Assembly: GCA_965198115.1 (NCBI GenBank)
Contig: OZ240241.1
Coordinates: 8,288,001-8,352,000 of the forward strand
Direction: 5' to 3'
DNA: 64,000 nucleotides
Origin: Candidatus Latescibacterota bacterium
Lineage (GTDB): Bacteria; Latescibacterota; UBA2968
Shown here: one piece after another, positions 9,602-20,223 of the stretch
Numbering within the stretch: the first letter of the stretch is position 1
Layout of the letters: each line of letters begins with the position of its first letter
Made by a program: the position numbers and the translations under genes
The notes under the pieces: model-generated
What the model saw: the letters and a program-made list of their open reading frames with translations, nothing else
The model's database searches: none
What the model was told of the DNA's origin: nothing

Positions 9602-10633
9602 TCAGCGCGCCCGGCCTTCGGTGTTTCGAAGGAACGATGTCATCAGACGAATGATGTTGGCCCCCGTCGCTTCTGATCTCGCCAGAGCCACATTCTGGCG
9701 GTCCGACTGGTAAGCCGATGGGATTCGGCCGATCTGCTCGCCCAGGGTCCACGCACGCTCGCGCTGTTCCGAATCACCCCAGGGAATCGTGTCCAGGTAG
9801 GCGGACTTTACGGATTGGCGTGCGGACGCATCCAGCCACGGCGGCTCGTCTTCGAACGATTCGAGCCAGTAGACCGAGTCGCAGGGGAAGCCGATCGCAG
9901 CCTGGTCCCAATCGAGGATTCGGATGTTTCCTGAGTGGTCAAGAAGCCCATTGCCGGGGTGAAGGTCTGTGTGATGGATCGTGCTGGGCCATCCCAGGTC
10001 GACGATCTCGTCCACACGAGCTTGGACATCGGGGAGACACATTTCGAGACGACGGATGAAATTCACAGGGATTGCAGTGTCGTCGTCTGCCCGACAGAGA
10101 TACTGATCTTCCAACCGCTCGATCAACACAAGCAGCATGTCTGTCGTTCGTTCAACTCGAAGATCGAGTATGTCGAACTCGTTCGAAGCGTGGGTCTTTG
10201 ACCAGCCGGTTTGAATCTCTCCCACGCGACGGGCGGTGTCGCTCAGCAAAGTGCCTTTTCCGATTTCTCCCACGTTGCTCCCCCGAACGTAGTGAAAGAG
10301 CATCCAGAGAGCGGAACCATTCATCCGGTGGGAGATCAGCTCGGGTGTCGTGTTCGGGGCGAGCTCGTTCAGCGCGCGGTAGACCCGCGGTGCGTCGTCG
10401 TAGATTTTAAGGCAGTTGGCTTTGAAGACGAAGGGGGTCGATCGGGCGACGACGTGGGCGGAGATTGACCAGGAACGGAGGATGAATACGTCGTTTAAGG
10501 TCACCTGGTCAGTAGGGATGCCCACGGATTCGCCGATCCATCTCGCGACTTTCGGCCAGGGCAAGCGGAGGTTGTGGCCGCCCTGAGTGCCGGTCGGCCA
10601 TTCGTGCACCGACGGCCAGGCAGTTGTCTTCAT
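9602..10633 (-). CDS. Aminoglycoside-phosphotransferase-like (APH/choline kinase family) protein
   Basis: Brenner motif HHTDLHPGN and ILDWD. The ATG at 10633 was chosen because the longer ORF runs through a REP and an IS end. Confidence 0.75.
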   Translation of the reverse strand: MKTTAWPSVHEWPTGTQGGHNLRLPWPKVARWIGESVGIPTDQVTLNDVFILRSWSISAHVVARSTPFVFKANCLKIYDDAPRVYRALNELAPNTTPELISHRMNGSALWMLFHYVRGSNVGEIGKGTLLSDTARRVGEIQTGWSKTHASNEFDILDLRVERTTDMLLVLIERLEDQYLCRADDDTAIPVNFIRRLEMCLPDVQARVDEIVDLGWPSTIHHTDLHPGNGLLDHSGNIRILDWDQAAIGFPCDSVYWLESFEDEPPWLDASARQSVKSAYLDTIPWGDSEQRERAWTLGEQIGRIPSAYQSDRQNVALARSEATGANIIRLMTSFLRNTEGRAR

Positions 10634-10705
10634 GGGTCTGTCCTTAACTTTCGCGACTGTGCGCCGGGAGGTTTGATCCTTTGAAGCTCCGGTTTGCGCG
10701 GAAAA

Positions 10706-10750
10706 CCCAGGGCTGCGCCTTGGGCTAAGTTGTGTCGCCCCGTTGGGGCT
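10706..10750 (-). repeat. REP-like doublet, family A
   Basis: Minus strand reads AGCCCCAACGGGGCGACACAACTTAGCCCAAGGCGCAGCCCTGGG. Confidence 0.7.
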
Positions 10751-10789
10751 TAGATCACCAACGTTGATTGTGCTGGTATCGAAGAACAC

Positions 10790-12178
10790 GGTCAAGTCCC
10801 ATAGTCAGTTGAAAACTCATCGGGCCCCGTAGTTTGGTCAGGCTCTCTTTTGAGCATTCTGTTCGTTGTCGAGATTCAGATCTTTGTTCAGTGCTTGCCT
10901 GAGTAGGGGAAGATGTTTGTATCCGCTCACGCGTCGCAGGCGAGGTTCGATGTCGAGGAGTGCGGCAGCCACCCATCTGTGTCTCTGGGGAGAGTTGTTC
11001 CAGCGTCTGACCTTCCGAGTGAGCTCGCCGGTCCTGCTGTTGAGGGCTTCGATGCAGTTGGTGGTTCGGAAGCTTCGTTTCAGGAATGGGAGCATACCCA
11101 GCCGGTGGAGGGTCAGGGTTTCCTCCAGGCCTTCCTCGAGGCTCGTTGCGGCAGACTGATTCATCAGCTTCAGTTCGGGTTTAAGTGATTCGAGTGCGGC
11201 CTTTGCCTCCTCGTAGGTGTCGCAGTCATAGGCTTTCTGAAGCTTCCGTCGAACTCTTGGACGTTCCCTCTCCGGGAGATAGCTGACGACATTCTCGCGC
11301 TTGTGCCACTGACAGCGATGAACGCGCACATACCCTTTGAGGGCTTTGGTGACAGCACTGCGGAGTCCCTTTGAGCCGTCAAGCACAACGAGAAGGCCCT
11401 GGTCGTAGCACAGGCCTCTCCGGATGAGGTCCTGGATCAGCTGGCGGCAGATCCGTTCGTTCTCCGTCGCCGATTCGACGAAGCCCAGGGGGATCTTCTG
11501 GCCGTCCATCGTGACCCCCAGAGCGATCACGATCTCTTCGTCGGCAAAGCTCTTTCCGTCAATGAACAGGGTCACGAAGTTCGTAGTCGTCGAGGGGACG
11601 CTCCTGGAACTGCTTCCGCTTCTTCGCGGTGGCTTTGATGAACCGCCGCGAGACGGAGGACGCTGAGATACCAAACGCTTCTGGAACCGATTCGGCACAG
11701 GCCTTGTAGTTGCGGCACGAGATCCCCTTGAGAACACGAAGCAACAGCCCCTCGTCCGTCTTCTTGGGCGTCTGTAGAGCCCGGTATGCAGCCAGGGAAA
11801 CCTCTGCGTCGGCCTCGACGTCGCGCACCCGGGGAACGTCTAACGGGAGCTTCTGGTCCATCAGATACACGGATCCCTTCTGGCTTCCCCACCGACGATG
11901 CGCCTGCTCCGAACCTTTGCGCGCATACCGAACGCCTGCGAGCTGCTCGACCTCCTGCTGGAGGAGGTCTGCCACTGCCTCCAGACCCAACGGGATCAAC
12001 GCCTGGATCACCGACAAACGCGTCTCCAAATCGATGACATCGCCCTCAACCTTGACTTCACCATCGCCTACAAATAGCTTCTCCATCTGGGCTCCTTTCT
12101 TACGGGTATACGCTCCTACACGTCTACCCAACGTAAGTTTGGAGCCCTCTAAGTTTCAACTACGATAGGCACAACACC
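10790..12178 (-). mobile_element. IS256-family insertion sequence, type A (1389 bp)
   Basis: Imperfect IRs GGTCAAGTCCCATAGTCAGTTGAAA / TTTCAACTACGATAGGCACAACACC. 8-bp duplication AAGAACAC at 10782-10789 and 12179-12186. Confidence 0.9.
10838..12086 (-). pseudogene. IS256 (Mutator-type) transposase, frameshifted near 11580
   Basis: VPRVRD, LFIDG, VLDGSKGL, RCQWHK and RTTNCIE motifs split over two frames; AGAAAGGAG RBS before the ATG at 12086. Confidence 0.85.
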
Positions 12179-12240
12179 AAGAACACATAATGGGATGCAC
12201 GCTATCAGACAGACTGTGAACAATGGTTTACAGCGCCTGC

Positions 12241-13611
12241 AAGCTCAGGTCAATAGGTGTGTAAAAGAAATCAGGCGGCCATCTTCCCGGCTTCGACCTG
12301 CGGTTCGGTTGAGTGTTTCTGATCGTAGACTTGTTGTAGCAAGTGTGGCGCGGTGAGTTTCCTGAATCGGCTCTCTGCGACCTTGAGCGTACGCCAGATG
12401 AGAGTCGTGGCGTTCCTGACTTTCTTGAATCGCCTGGCGGCGTTTGTGCGAAGCCGAACGGAAGCAAAGGGGCTCTCGACGACGTTCGTGGTTCTCAGGT
12501 GTTTCCAGTGTTCCTTCGGGAAGTCGTAGAACGTGACCATCCGATCCCAGTCTCTTTCGAGCGTCTCCACGGCGGCAGGGAACTGTGAGCGATACCGTGC
12601 GGCAAAGCGTTTCCGGAGCTTCTCGGCCTCCTTTTTCGTGCCGGCATAGGGGATCTGGACGAGCAGTGCGCGGGCTTCAGCCTGTGCACGCTTGGCGACC
12701 TTGTCGAGCACGTTGAGGATCTTGTGGTTCCAGCACCGTTGTTGCCGGCTCTCTGGCCAGACCTGATCAACGGCCGCCCTGCCCATATTCCCGTCCGCGG
12801 CGATCAGGACAGGATGTTCGAGCCCGCGATCCCGGAGATCCCGTAGCACCGTGAGCCAGGATTCTGTAGACTCTCGATAACCGGGTTCTATCGCCAGGAT
12901 CTCCTTGCTGCCGTCGCTCATCGCGCCGATCACGACCAGCAGACACGCCTTCTCGCGCTCGAGCCCGGCTTTGACGTAGATGCCATCAGCCCAGGCGTAG
13001 ACCAGTTCGCGATTATCCAGACGCCTTTCTTTCCAGTCCTGGAAGTCGACCTCCCACTTCCCTCGAAGACGAGCGATCGAGGTCGGCGAAAGCGGCGCGC
13101 CATCACCGAGCAGCGCACGCAAAGACAACTCGAAGTCGCCCTGGGAGAGACCGTGGAGATAAAGGTCGGGAAGCAGATCTCCAATGGCCCTGGTTCTCCG
13201 GGCGAACAGGGGGAGGATGCGGCTTTCAAACCGCTCTTCCAGACCACGAACCCGGGGACGCCGGACCTTGATCGTTCCGCAGCTCGTCGAGAGACGCCGG
13301 GGCTTGCCGTAGCCGTTCCTGTAGCCCGTGGAGCTATCGACCTCGGCTCGGCGCTCATACCACGACCGGCCCAAGAACGCGGTCGCCTCCTCCTCCAGAA
13401 TGGACTGGAACCGGCCCTGGATCTCTTCACGGATCCAATCGTCAACCGTCTCCCACGTCGGCATGGACTTCAATGGGGCTCTATGCGTATGTTCCTTCAC
13501 GGCGATCCTCCTTCCCAACCGGGCCTCTCACCCGGTTTTGTGTGAATCAACTATCTCACGGGAAGGGTAGGGTCGCCCTTTCTCTTTTTCCACACCTTTT
13601 GATTATAGCTC
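12241..13611 (-). mobile_element. IS256-family insertion sequence, type B, copy 1 (1371 bp)
   Basis: IRs AAGCTCAGGTCAATAGGTGTGTAAAAG / TTTTTCCACACCTTTTGATTATAGCTC. 8-bp duplication GCGCCTGC at 12233-12240 and 13612-13619. Confidence 0.95.
12271..13500 (-). CDS. IS256 family transposase (copy 1)
   Basis: GYRNGY, WADGIY, ADG, QRCWNHK and LRTTNVVES motifs; GGAGG RBS before GTG 13500; 3 bp shorter than copy 2. Confidence 0.93.
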   Translation of the reverse strand: MKEHTHRAPLKSMPTWETVDDWIREEIQGRFQSILEEEATAFLGRSWYERRAEVDSSTGYRNGYGKPRRLSTSCGTIKVRRPRVRGLEERFESRILPLFARRTRAIGDLLPDLYLHGLSQGDFELSLRALLGDGAPLSPTSIARLRGKWEVDFQDWKERRLDNRELVYAWADGIYVKAGLEREKACLLVVIGAMSDGSKEILAIEPGYRESTESWLTVLRDLRDRGLEHPVLIAADGNMGRAAVDQVWPESRQQRCWNHKILNVLDKVAKRAQAEARALLVQIPYAGTKKEAEKLRKRFAARYRSQFPAAVETLERDWDRMVTFYDFPKEHWKHLRTTNVVESPFASVRLRTNAARRFKKVRNATTLIWRTLKVAESRFRKLTAPHLLQQVYDQKHSTEPQVEAGKMAA

Positions 13612-16452
13612 GCGCCTGCAGGGAAATACCCTCATCGTGGCGGGGTTGGTTCTGGCCTGGGTGGGTTGGATCGTTTCCGATCTGCTGGTTGTCGACATCG
13701 CGTACGGTGAGACGTTCCGTTTTCGAATCGAGGTGGTGCGATGGCGGGATGCGTGGCCGGTTCTCAGATGGCTTCCAGGATGGCTCGGTGTCCTCGTGGC
13801 GACCCTCCTGGTCTGGATGCGTCGTCCTTTCGATCGATCTCGCACCGGGTCCTGTTTGGTACTTGTCGGGTTTCTGTTGGGTCTTCGACTCGTCAGCTTT
13901 CTGCCGGGGGTCGGGACGGTGGTACCCGTGTTGGGCCTGGTCTGGACGGCCCACGCATCGTGGGCGGTGAGCCTGACCGTGCTGTTCTACTCCACGTTTC
14001 CGATGCTCGATGGTTGGTTGGCGACGCGATCGCGAATCGCCGGGTGGGGGTTGCTCGTCTTTTTTGGGATTCTCTACACCGTGTTCGCCGTGTTTTTCGT
14101 TCGCACGACGCTTCTTCACGGCGACGAACCCCAGTATCTGCTGATCACGCAGAGTCTCCTGCACGACGGAGACATCGATCTTTCGAACGCCACGAAAGAG
14201 TCGGACCTCGAGTTTCACCAGAAGACCGTTCAACCCCGTCGTGCTCCGGCATCGCCTCCGGGCAGAGTCCATTCTGCTCATCCGATCGGCCTCGGCATTT
14301 TGCTTGCGCCCGTTTACTGGCTGGGGCTGACAGCCGCGGACCATCCGAGACTGGCTTGCGTCCTGCTTGTCGCTGTGACCTCAGCCATGTCGGTTCTGTT
14401 GGCCTTTCGATGGCTCATCGACCAGGACGTATCCCCGGCCGGTGCCCTATTGACCTCGATCGGCGTTGGCATCTCTCCGTTGATGTTTCTGTTTTCTACC
14501 CAGCTCTACCCGGAAGTCTTTGCGCTTGTCGCTGCCCTGATTGTTTTGACGGTGTTGGCAAGACCGCTCGCCAGGACACGCGTTCGGCAGTCAGCATTGG
14601 GGATCGTCGTGATCCTGGTTGCACTACCCCTGCTGCACCAGAGACTCCTGCCGATGGCCGTGTTCCTGGGATTGCTGATGTGGTTACACGTACGCGAAAT
14701 TCCGGACCGTGTCTCGATTCTCAAGAGCAGCGGAGTGATCCTCACGCTCGCCACGGCTGCCTACATCCTTTACCACTTGCACTTCAGCGGTGATATCTGG
14801 GGTCCGTTCAAGCCAGGAAACGCGGATGTCCTGGATTTCGAACATCTACCCACGGCCCTGGTCGGTCAATGGCTCGACGCCAGGGTCGGGCTGTTGAACA
14901 ACAGTCCGATCTTTGTCGGGGCACTGGTGGGCGTGGTCGCGATGGCTGTGTCACGGGATCGACGACTTCTGATCGTGGTCGGCATCTATGCAACGACCGC
15001 GTGCGTGAACGCACTGTCGAACGACTGGCGGTTCGGCTATTGCTTCCCCAGTCGATTCATGGTGACGGCTCTGCCCGCATTGCTGATTCCACTCGCTTAT
15101 ACGATGGATCGTGCGCTGAACCGGAGCGCCTCGTTGGTGTTCGTTGTGATGTGTGGGGTTTGTGTCGGTTGGGACTCGAACTACGAGGCCCTCCTGTTGA
15201 AGGAAGGTGCGTACGATGGGAACCACCTGATCCACCGTGCTTTGGACCAGGTGTATCCGGCTAGCGTCCACTTTCCGGATTTGAAGGATGTGGCGAAGGT
15301 GCCGTGGATGGATGTGGCTTGTTGGGCGGCTGCGGTTGCGATCCTGGGCTCGATGGGGCGTGTCGACGCCAGGAAATCAGCGGTGCTCCTGGTCGGCCTA
15401 TTCGTGATGGTGCCAGTTCTGACATCGCCTCATCACCCCCTTCGTTTGAAAACACAGAGTGCGCACGGTTTGCGGCGCTTCAGTTCAGATGGCAGTGAGT
15501 TCAGAGTTCATCTGACCGAACGGCAAGTGACATTCGGTACCTACAACGGGGCGGTCCAGGATGGGAGTGGCTACGTGGCGAGGCGCGGCGAAGCGCGGAC
15601 GGGTGTCGCAGGTTATTCGGGGCTGCCGGATCTCTATCCCCCGATCTACCGGGTAACCCTTGCCGCCAGGGCCTCGGCGTCTGTCGATGGTCAGCCGGGC
15701 GCCTACTATGTGCTGGTCAGACGACGGGGTGTCCGCACACAGATGAATCACCAGATCCGGTATGCCGTGCCTTTGACGCCGGATGGATCGGCGGCATCGA
15801 TTCAGCTCACACAGACATCGGGACGCGGGATCCTGCAACACTTCGTCATGTATCGAGAAGGCGCGAATCTCAGCTTCGGGAACGCCACCCTGGTACAACA
15901 TCCCGTGCAGCTCCGGGAAAAGCGACAGCTGGTTTCCACGCGGCGTCTCGATCTCGATAGCCGGGACGGGTTCGGGTTCTATCACGGATATACGGTGGTG
16001 GATCTGGCTTAAGGTTCCTACCGCTTCGAAGTGGAGCTCGAACACGTCGACCCATCCGTCTGGATCACCCGACGGTTGGATCCTGTCGTGGTCGTGCTGT
16101 TCGGAGGGGTAACGGACTTGCAGGATGCGAAGCGAAGGGCCCGTGAATGGCAGCCGATGCTGGATCGTGCGGTCGAGCTGCCCGTCTTGGGGGCCGTCGA
16201 CCGCCCCGCGGTGGAGGCTTATCTGTCGCCCTTCTGGGCCAACGTACCTTTGGCCGATCAGATGAGCTTCACCTACGAGAGCGAAGAGAAGCAGACGTTG
16301 CTTGTCGTGATTTACTACTCAGGCCAGCACGGTCTGTTGCTGAAGAACATCCATCTGCATCGACGATTGTTCGAGACTCGACTGGATGGTTCTGCCTACG
16401 TCGTCCCGTTGTACGGGGGGTAGTCGTTATTTCGAGCTCTTGTTCTTCAATG

Positions 16453-16478
16453 CGTCCCCGTGCGGAGCACGGGGGACG
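16453..16478. terminator. GC-rich hairpin between convergent genes
   Basis: CGTCCCCGTGC-gga-GCACGGGGGACG between the membrane pseudogene and the radical SAM gene; no clean U tract. Confidence 0.45.
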
Positions 16479-16563
16479 AGCGCAACGCTCTGCTTTGTAA
16501 ATACAAAAGCCCCCGATCGCCCTCGTCCCTTCGACTCCGCTCAGGACTGCACGAGGGCGCTTC

Positions 16564-18126
16564 CTACGCGGTTGCTTCGATCTGCACGGACTCGGGCTCG
16601 GACTTGAGGTAGGCGTTGGGGTCGTGATGCAGGGAACCTTCCGGTAACCAATCCCAGAAGACTCCGATGTCCCGCTTGATCCAGTCGGTCAGGAAATCGG
16701 GAATCTCTGTCGTCTCCCCTTCCCAGAATCGGCGAACCTGGCTATCGGTTTCCAACAGCTCACGGAGCTTCGTGTAGTGTCGGATTCTGCCGACACCTTC
16801 GGAGCACCTTGCCCTGATCACATTGATCCACGGCAGCCACCTGGGTCGAGCACTCTTGGCGGCCCAAAGGCGCCGCCTGATGGCGCGCCAGGAGAACATG
16901 TATTTCTGCATGTCGAGGAGGAGGTCATAGAATTCCGGCCATTCGTAGTTCTTGGGACGCACATTCATCACGTGGTAGTTGTTCAGAAAGTGGTAGGGGA
17001 ATGGAAGCACCCGCCCTTCCCTCTGGTAGTCGAGATTGAGCGGGGCGGCCTGGCCGAATGCGGTCAGAACCGACACCACGGGAAAGGCCCCAGGGGCGAG
17101 GTCAACGAATTGTTTCGTGAGCTCGAAAGGGTCCGACCCTTTGTCTGTGTCGAGGCCGAGCACGAAGTTGGTCTGAATATAGGGGATGTAGCTCAGCACC
17201 ATGTTCACGTGATCCGACACCTTCCGAACCTTGTCCAGGCCCATTGCCTTGCCGGATCTGGACTTGTCTCCCATGCCATACCACGACTCGATGCCGGGAA
17301 GCACTGCCTTGAACCCGTTCTGCTTCATCCTCTGGAGATGAGGCTCCGTGAGAATGGAGAGACTGCTTTCCGCGAAGAAGTTGAAGCTGCCCGGCGGCGC
17401 CACTTCCTCGATTGCACCCATGCATTCGTCGAAACGAACGCCGAAATTGGGATCGAACCAGCCGATGTTCGGTTTCTTAAACTTTCCTAGGAGGAAACGC
17501 AAGTCGCTCTGGATGAGGTCGAGACTGAGAGGTTGATGAGGTACGACAGAATCGATGCAGAAGTTGCAGGTGTATGGGCACCCCAAGCTTGCAATCGTCG
17601 ACACCCCTTTGACGTAGGGTGATTTCTCCAGCACCTGCTCGATATACTTCCATCGCTCCTGAACTCCGGGCAGTTCGAGGGGCTGCTGATTGGCCGAAAG
17701 CGTAACACCGATAGGCCGGTTCGGCGAACAGTCCTGCAGCACATCTCTGATCAGCTCTTTGTCTGTGAATCCAAGGACGTAATCGAAGTATTTGACAGCA
17801 TCCTGGGGAAAACAGCGGGCGTGAGGCCCTCCGAGGACGGTCACCGCGCCCCTGGAACGAAGGACATTGCTGATCGCATAGGAGAGTTGCGCGGCTTCCG
17901 AGAAGGCACCGATGAAGGCGATGTCAGCGTCGGTCGGCAACTCTGAGAATAGATCCTCGGGGCCGGTGTAGCAGATGAAGTTGACATCGTGCCCTTCCTG
18001 CTCGCACCAGCGGGCGACGACCTGGGGCATGATGCTGGCCTGGTTCGCGTTCATCATGCGACCGAACAGCCACTTGGTCGGGGCCTTGACGACCAGATCG
18101 ATGACCGTGATCCGGAGTTTTTTCAA
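16564..18126 (-). CDS. Cobalamin-binding-domain radical SAM protein
   Basis: CPYTCNFC (CxxxCxxC), N-terminal VLGGPHA segment typical of B12-binding radical SAM enzymes, GIES motif; TTG start with AGGGAGG RBS. Confidence 0.85.
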   Translation of the reverse strand: MKKLRITVIDLVVKAPTKWLFGRMMNANQASIMPQVVARWCEQEGHDVNFICYTGPEDLFSELPTDADIAFIGAFSEAAQLSYAISNVLRSRGAVTVLGGPHARCFPQDAVKYFDYVLGFTDKELIRDVLQDCSPNRPIGVTLSANQQPLELPGVQERWKYIEQVLEKSPYVKGVSTIASLGCPYTCNFCIDSVVPHQPLSLDLIQSDLRFLLGKFKKPNIGWFDPNFGVRFDECMGAIEEVAPPGSFNFFAESSLSILTEPHLQRMKQNGFKAVLPGIESWYGMGDKSRSGKAMGLDKVRKVSDHVNMVLSYIPYIQTNFVLGLDTDKGSDPFELTKQFVDLAPGAFPVVSVLTAFGQAAPLNLDYQREGRVLPFPYHFLNNYHVMNVRPKNYEWPEFYDLLLDMQKYMFSWRAIRRRLWAAKSARPRWLPWINVIRARCSEGVGRIRHYTKLRELLETDSQVRRFWEGETTEIPDFLTDWIKRDIGVFWDWLPEGSLHHDPNAYLKSEPESVQIEATA

Positions 18127-18287
18127 GAGACCTCCCTTGACGTGTCGACCCTCGTTTTCTCCGGCCAGCCTGCCGAACGGGAGTCGGCTGGCCGTCAGAG
18201 GACCGTGTTACGTGTCGAAAGATAGGCCTTACGAGGAACAACGTGCAACAATAGGTTGAGCGGCAGACAATCGCTGCTCGCATTGCC

Positions 18288-18326
18288 AAAAGGAAAGCCC
18301 CCACATCTCATGGCGAGAGTGGGGGC
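18288..18326 (-). terminator. Intrinsic terminator after the ECF sigma gene
   Basis: Stem GCCCCCAC...GTGGGGGC followed on the minus strand by TTTCCTTTT. Confidence 0.7.
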
Positions 18327-18371
18327 ATTTGTGGTCCGGTGCGAAAGGGCTGTCGGCCTGTACCTACACGA

Positions 18372-19553
18372 TCAATGGTAGTGACGAATCCTCGGGTCAC
18401 GAAAGGCAACGGTAGACCACCACAGCCCGAGGGCGACGCCACCGGATTCAAAGTCGCCATCCCGGACCTGGTTGACGAGCTTTCCATCGACGTAGCTGGT
18501 GAGAGACTGTCCGCGGGCGGCGATCAGGACATTGTATTCGCGCCCCTTTTCGAATGGAAAGTTGACGACACTGATCTTTTCGACCTCACCTGCTCCCGCT
18601 TTTATCTTGCTGATGGCGATGGCCTGCCAGCCGAGCAGAAAATCGAGGATATAGTACTCCGATCCATCGTGTGATTTTCTGAAGTGTACTTGCATGTCGG
18701 ATCCCTCTACGAGGGTGAGCAGGACCGACAACTCATAGCTCGACCAGCTCGAGTCTCCGGCAGCGAGGCACGTCGCTGTCTCGACCGGGACGGTGCCGAC
18801 GATCGCGGAGCCCTCGCGTTTCCAGGTCGTCCCGCGCTCAGGAGGTTTCGAGTTCTCCAAGGGTACGTCGGTTTCGGTCCATCCGCCCAGGTCGTCACCC
18901 TGGAGTAATGAATTCCACGGAATGTCTCCTTCCATACCACCCAGACGGGGGCGCCCGAAATCGTCTTCGGGACCTGCCGTCACGATTTCCTCCTTCATCA
19001 TCTCCTCCATTCTGTTCTTGAGAATACCTCTTGAACGGTAGAGTCGAGTCTTGACCGTCCCTGTCGGGATGGTCAGAATGCCGGCGACACGATTCACGTC
19101 CATTCCCACGAAGTGATGTAACACGACCACGGCCCTGTCTCGCGGCTTCAGATGCTTTACGGCGTGCCAGAGCCGATCCAGCCGAATAACTTCGTCCCGC
19201 GTGGATTCTGGCGCCGTGGCTAAGTCTCGTTCCCGGAGCCAGAGTTCATCCACGAGGTTGCGCTTCCGTAGAGCGAGTGTGTCGTAGGAAGCGTTCCTCG
19301 CGATCATCCCGATCCATCCAGGAAACTTGGTGGGGTCGGCAAGATCGTCCAATCGCGTAAATGCCCTGACAAAGGCATCCTGACAGATGTCTTCGGCGTC
19401 CTCGGTACGTCCTGTAATGGACCACGCGATGCCGTAGACTGAGCGTCGGTGGCGCGCCGCCAGGACGTTGAAAGCGTCCCGGTCGCCCGAACGAGTTCTG
19501 AGGACGAGCTCCTCATCCGCAAGTGCTGCGTGGCTATCCGTATATCTCGACAT
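18372..19553 (-). CDS. ECF sigma-70 factor with C-terminal DUF1080-like (3-keto-disaccharide hydrolase/ConA-like) domain
   Basis: Region 2 (DAEDICQDAF, WIGMIARN) and region 4 (VAGILTIPTGTVKTRLYRSR). The C-terminal part WNSLLQGDDLGGW...YVDGKLV...GGVALG...VAFRDPRIR fits DUF1080. No TM segment. Confidence 0.82.
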   Translation of the reverse strand: MSRYTDSHAALADEELVLRTRSGDRDAFNVLAARHRRSVYGIAWSITGRTEDAEDICQDAFVRAFTRLDDLADPTKFPGWIGMIARNASYDTLALRKRNLVDELWLRERDLATAPESTRDEVIRLDRLWHAVKHLKPRDRAVVVLHHFVGMDVNRVAGILTIPTGTVKTRLYRSRGILKNRMEEMMKEEIVTAGPEDDFGRPRLGGMEGDIPWNSLLQGDDLGGWTETDVPLENSKPPERGTTWKREGSAIVGTVPVETATCLAAGDSSWSSYELSVLLTLVEGSDMQVHFRKSHDGSEYYILDFLLGWQAIAISKIKAGAGEVEKISVVNFPFEKGREYNVLIAARGQSLTSYVDGKLVNQVRDGDFESGGVALGLWWSTVAFRDPRIRHYH

Positions 19554-19563
19554 ACACCATCAT

Positions 19564-19588
19564 GACGGAGTGGGCGGGATCAGGTTCA
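19564..19588 (-). promoter_or_regulatory. Putative ECF-dependent (autoregulatory) promoter
   Basis: TGAAC-N16-CGTC, ending 10 nt upstream of the ECF ATG; matches the general ECF AAC/CGT consensus. Confidence 0.6.
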
Positions 19589-19696
19589 CGAAAAAACGAC
19601 ATCAAGCGGTGAGGGGATCGAGGAGCGGAGGAGGACGGGAGAAGGGGGACTCGCCCCGCTGTCGCATCTGCTGAAGCCGTGGGAGCAACGCAAACT

Positions 19697-20133
19697 TTAG
19701 TGGGAACGGGTGCCTTCGTGCCCGGGTGATGAGGCGGGATCGGCCTGATCGCGGCGGATGAGGCGCCAGTGGTAGAGGTAGACGGGGAGCCCGATGAGGA
19801 TGAGGCTGAGGTTTTGGGCTGCGTCTCGATGGCGTTGGGAGGTTGCGGGGTCGACGCTTTCGCGACGTTCGAGCCAGGCGTCCAGCGCCTCCTGATATCG
19901 CCTGGCCTGAATGGTGTCGCGGAACACGATCCCTTCGTCCAGCGCTCGCGCAGGGGCGATTCCGTAGGGCTTTGGAGGCATTTCACGATAGAGAAACCGC
20001 TCGTGGTCCGCCTGAGTGAACACGAAGGCCTTCAAGGCCATGCTGACGAAGCCCGAGCACCGATGACGACCATGACGATGCCGATGAGGGAGAGGAGATA
20101 GAGATAGACGGTTCGGATTCGTTCGGATGGCAT
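19697..20133 (-). CDS. Small membrane protein (DUF5671-like), frameshift near 20055
   Basis: MPSERIRTVYLYLLSLIGIVMVVIG joins, after a frameshift, to MALKAFVFTQAD...AAQNLSLILIGLPVYLYHWRLI. Confidence 0.6.
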
Positions 20134-20155
20134 CTGTAGACCTGTGGACGGTTGA

Positions 20156-20185
20156 CCTGCCGCCGTAGCCTTGGGCGGAGGCGGG
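20156..20185 (+). repeat. Small palindromic repeat, family E
   Basis: CCTGCCGCCGTAGCCTTGGGCGGAGGCGGG; second copy CCTGCCCGCCGGAGCCTTGGCGAAGGTGG at 63098-63126. Confidence 0.6.
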
Positions 20186-20223
20186 TGGACGGCCACTGCG
20201 GCTTTCCCCTAGTTCGTCATTGT

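Larger units (their letters stand above)
12195..16423 (+). pseudogene. Large polytopic membrane protein with GT-C-like N-terminal part, interrupted by IS256-B and an in-frame TAA
   Basis: Removing the IS restores MHAIRQTVNNGLQRLQGNTLIVAGLVLAW in frame with ORF 13637-16012. It has a GDEPQY motif after a TM helix and many TM segments. ORF 16031-16423 continues in the same frame after TAA at 16010-16012. Confidence 0.75.

Noticed and set aside
13599-13640. Hybrid outward promoter from the IS256-B end rescuing the membrane gene
   Set aside because: TTGATT is present, but there is no credible -10 at 16-18 bp and no RBS before the GTG at 13637.
19577-19588. Second TPP riboswitch (GAACCTGATC on the minus strand)
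   Set aside because: The CUGAGA and UAAU..AGCG elements are missing; the sequence fits better as an ECF -35 element.
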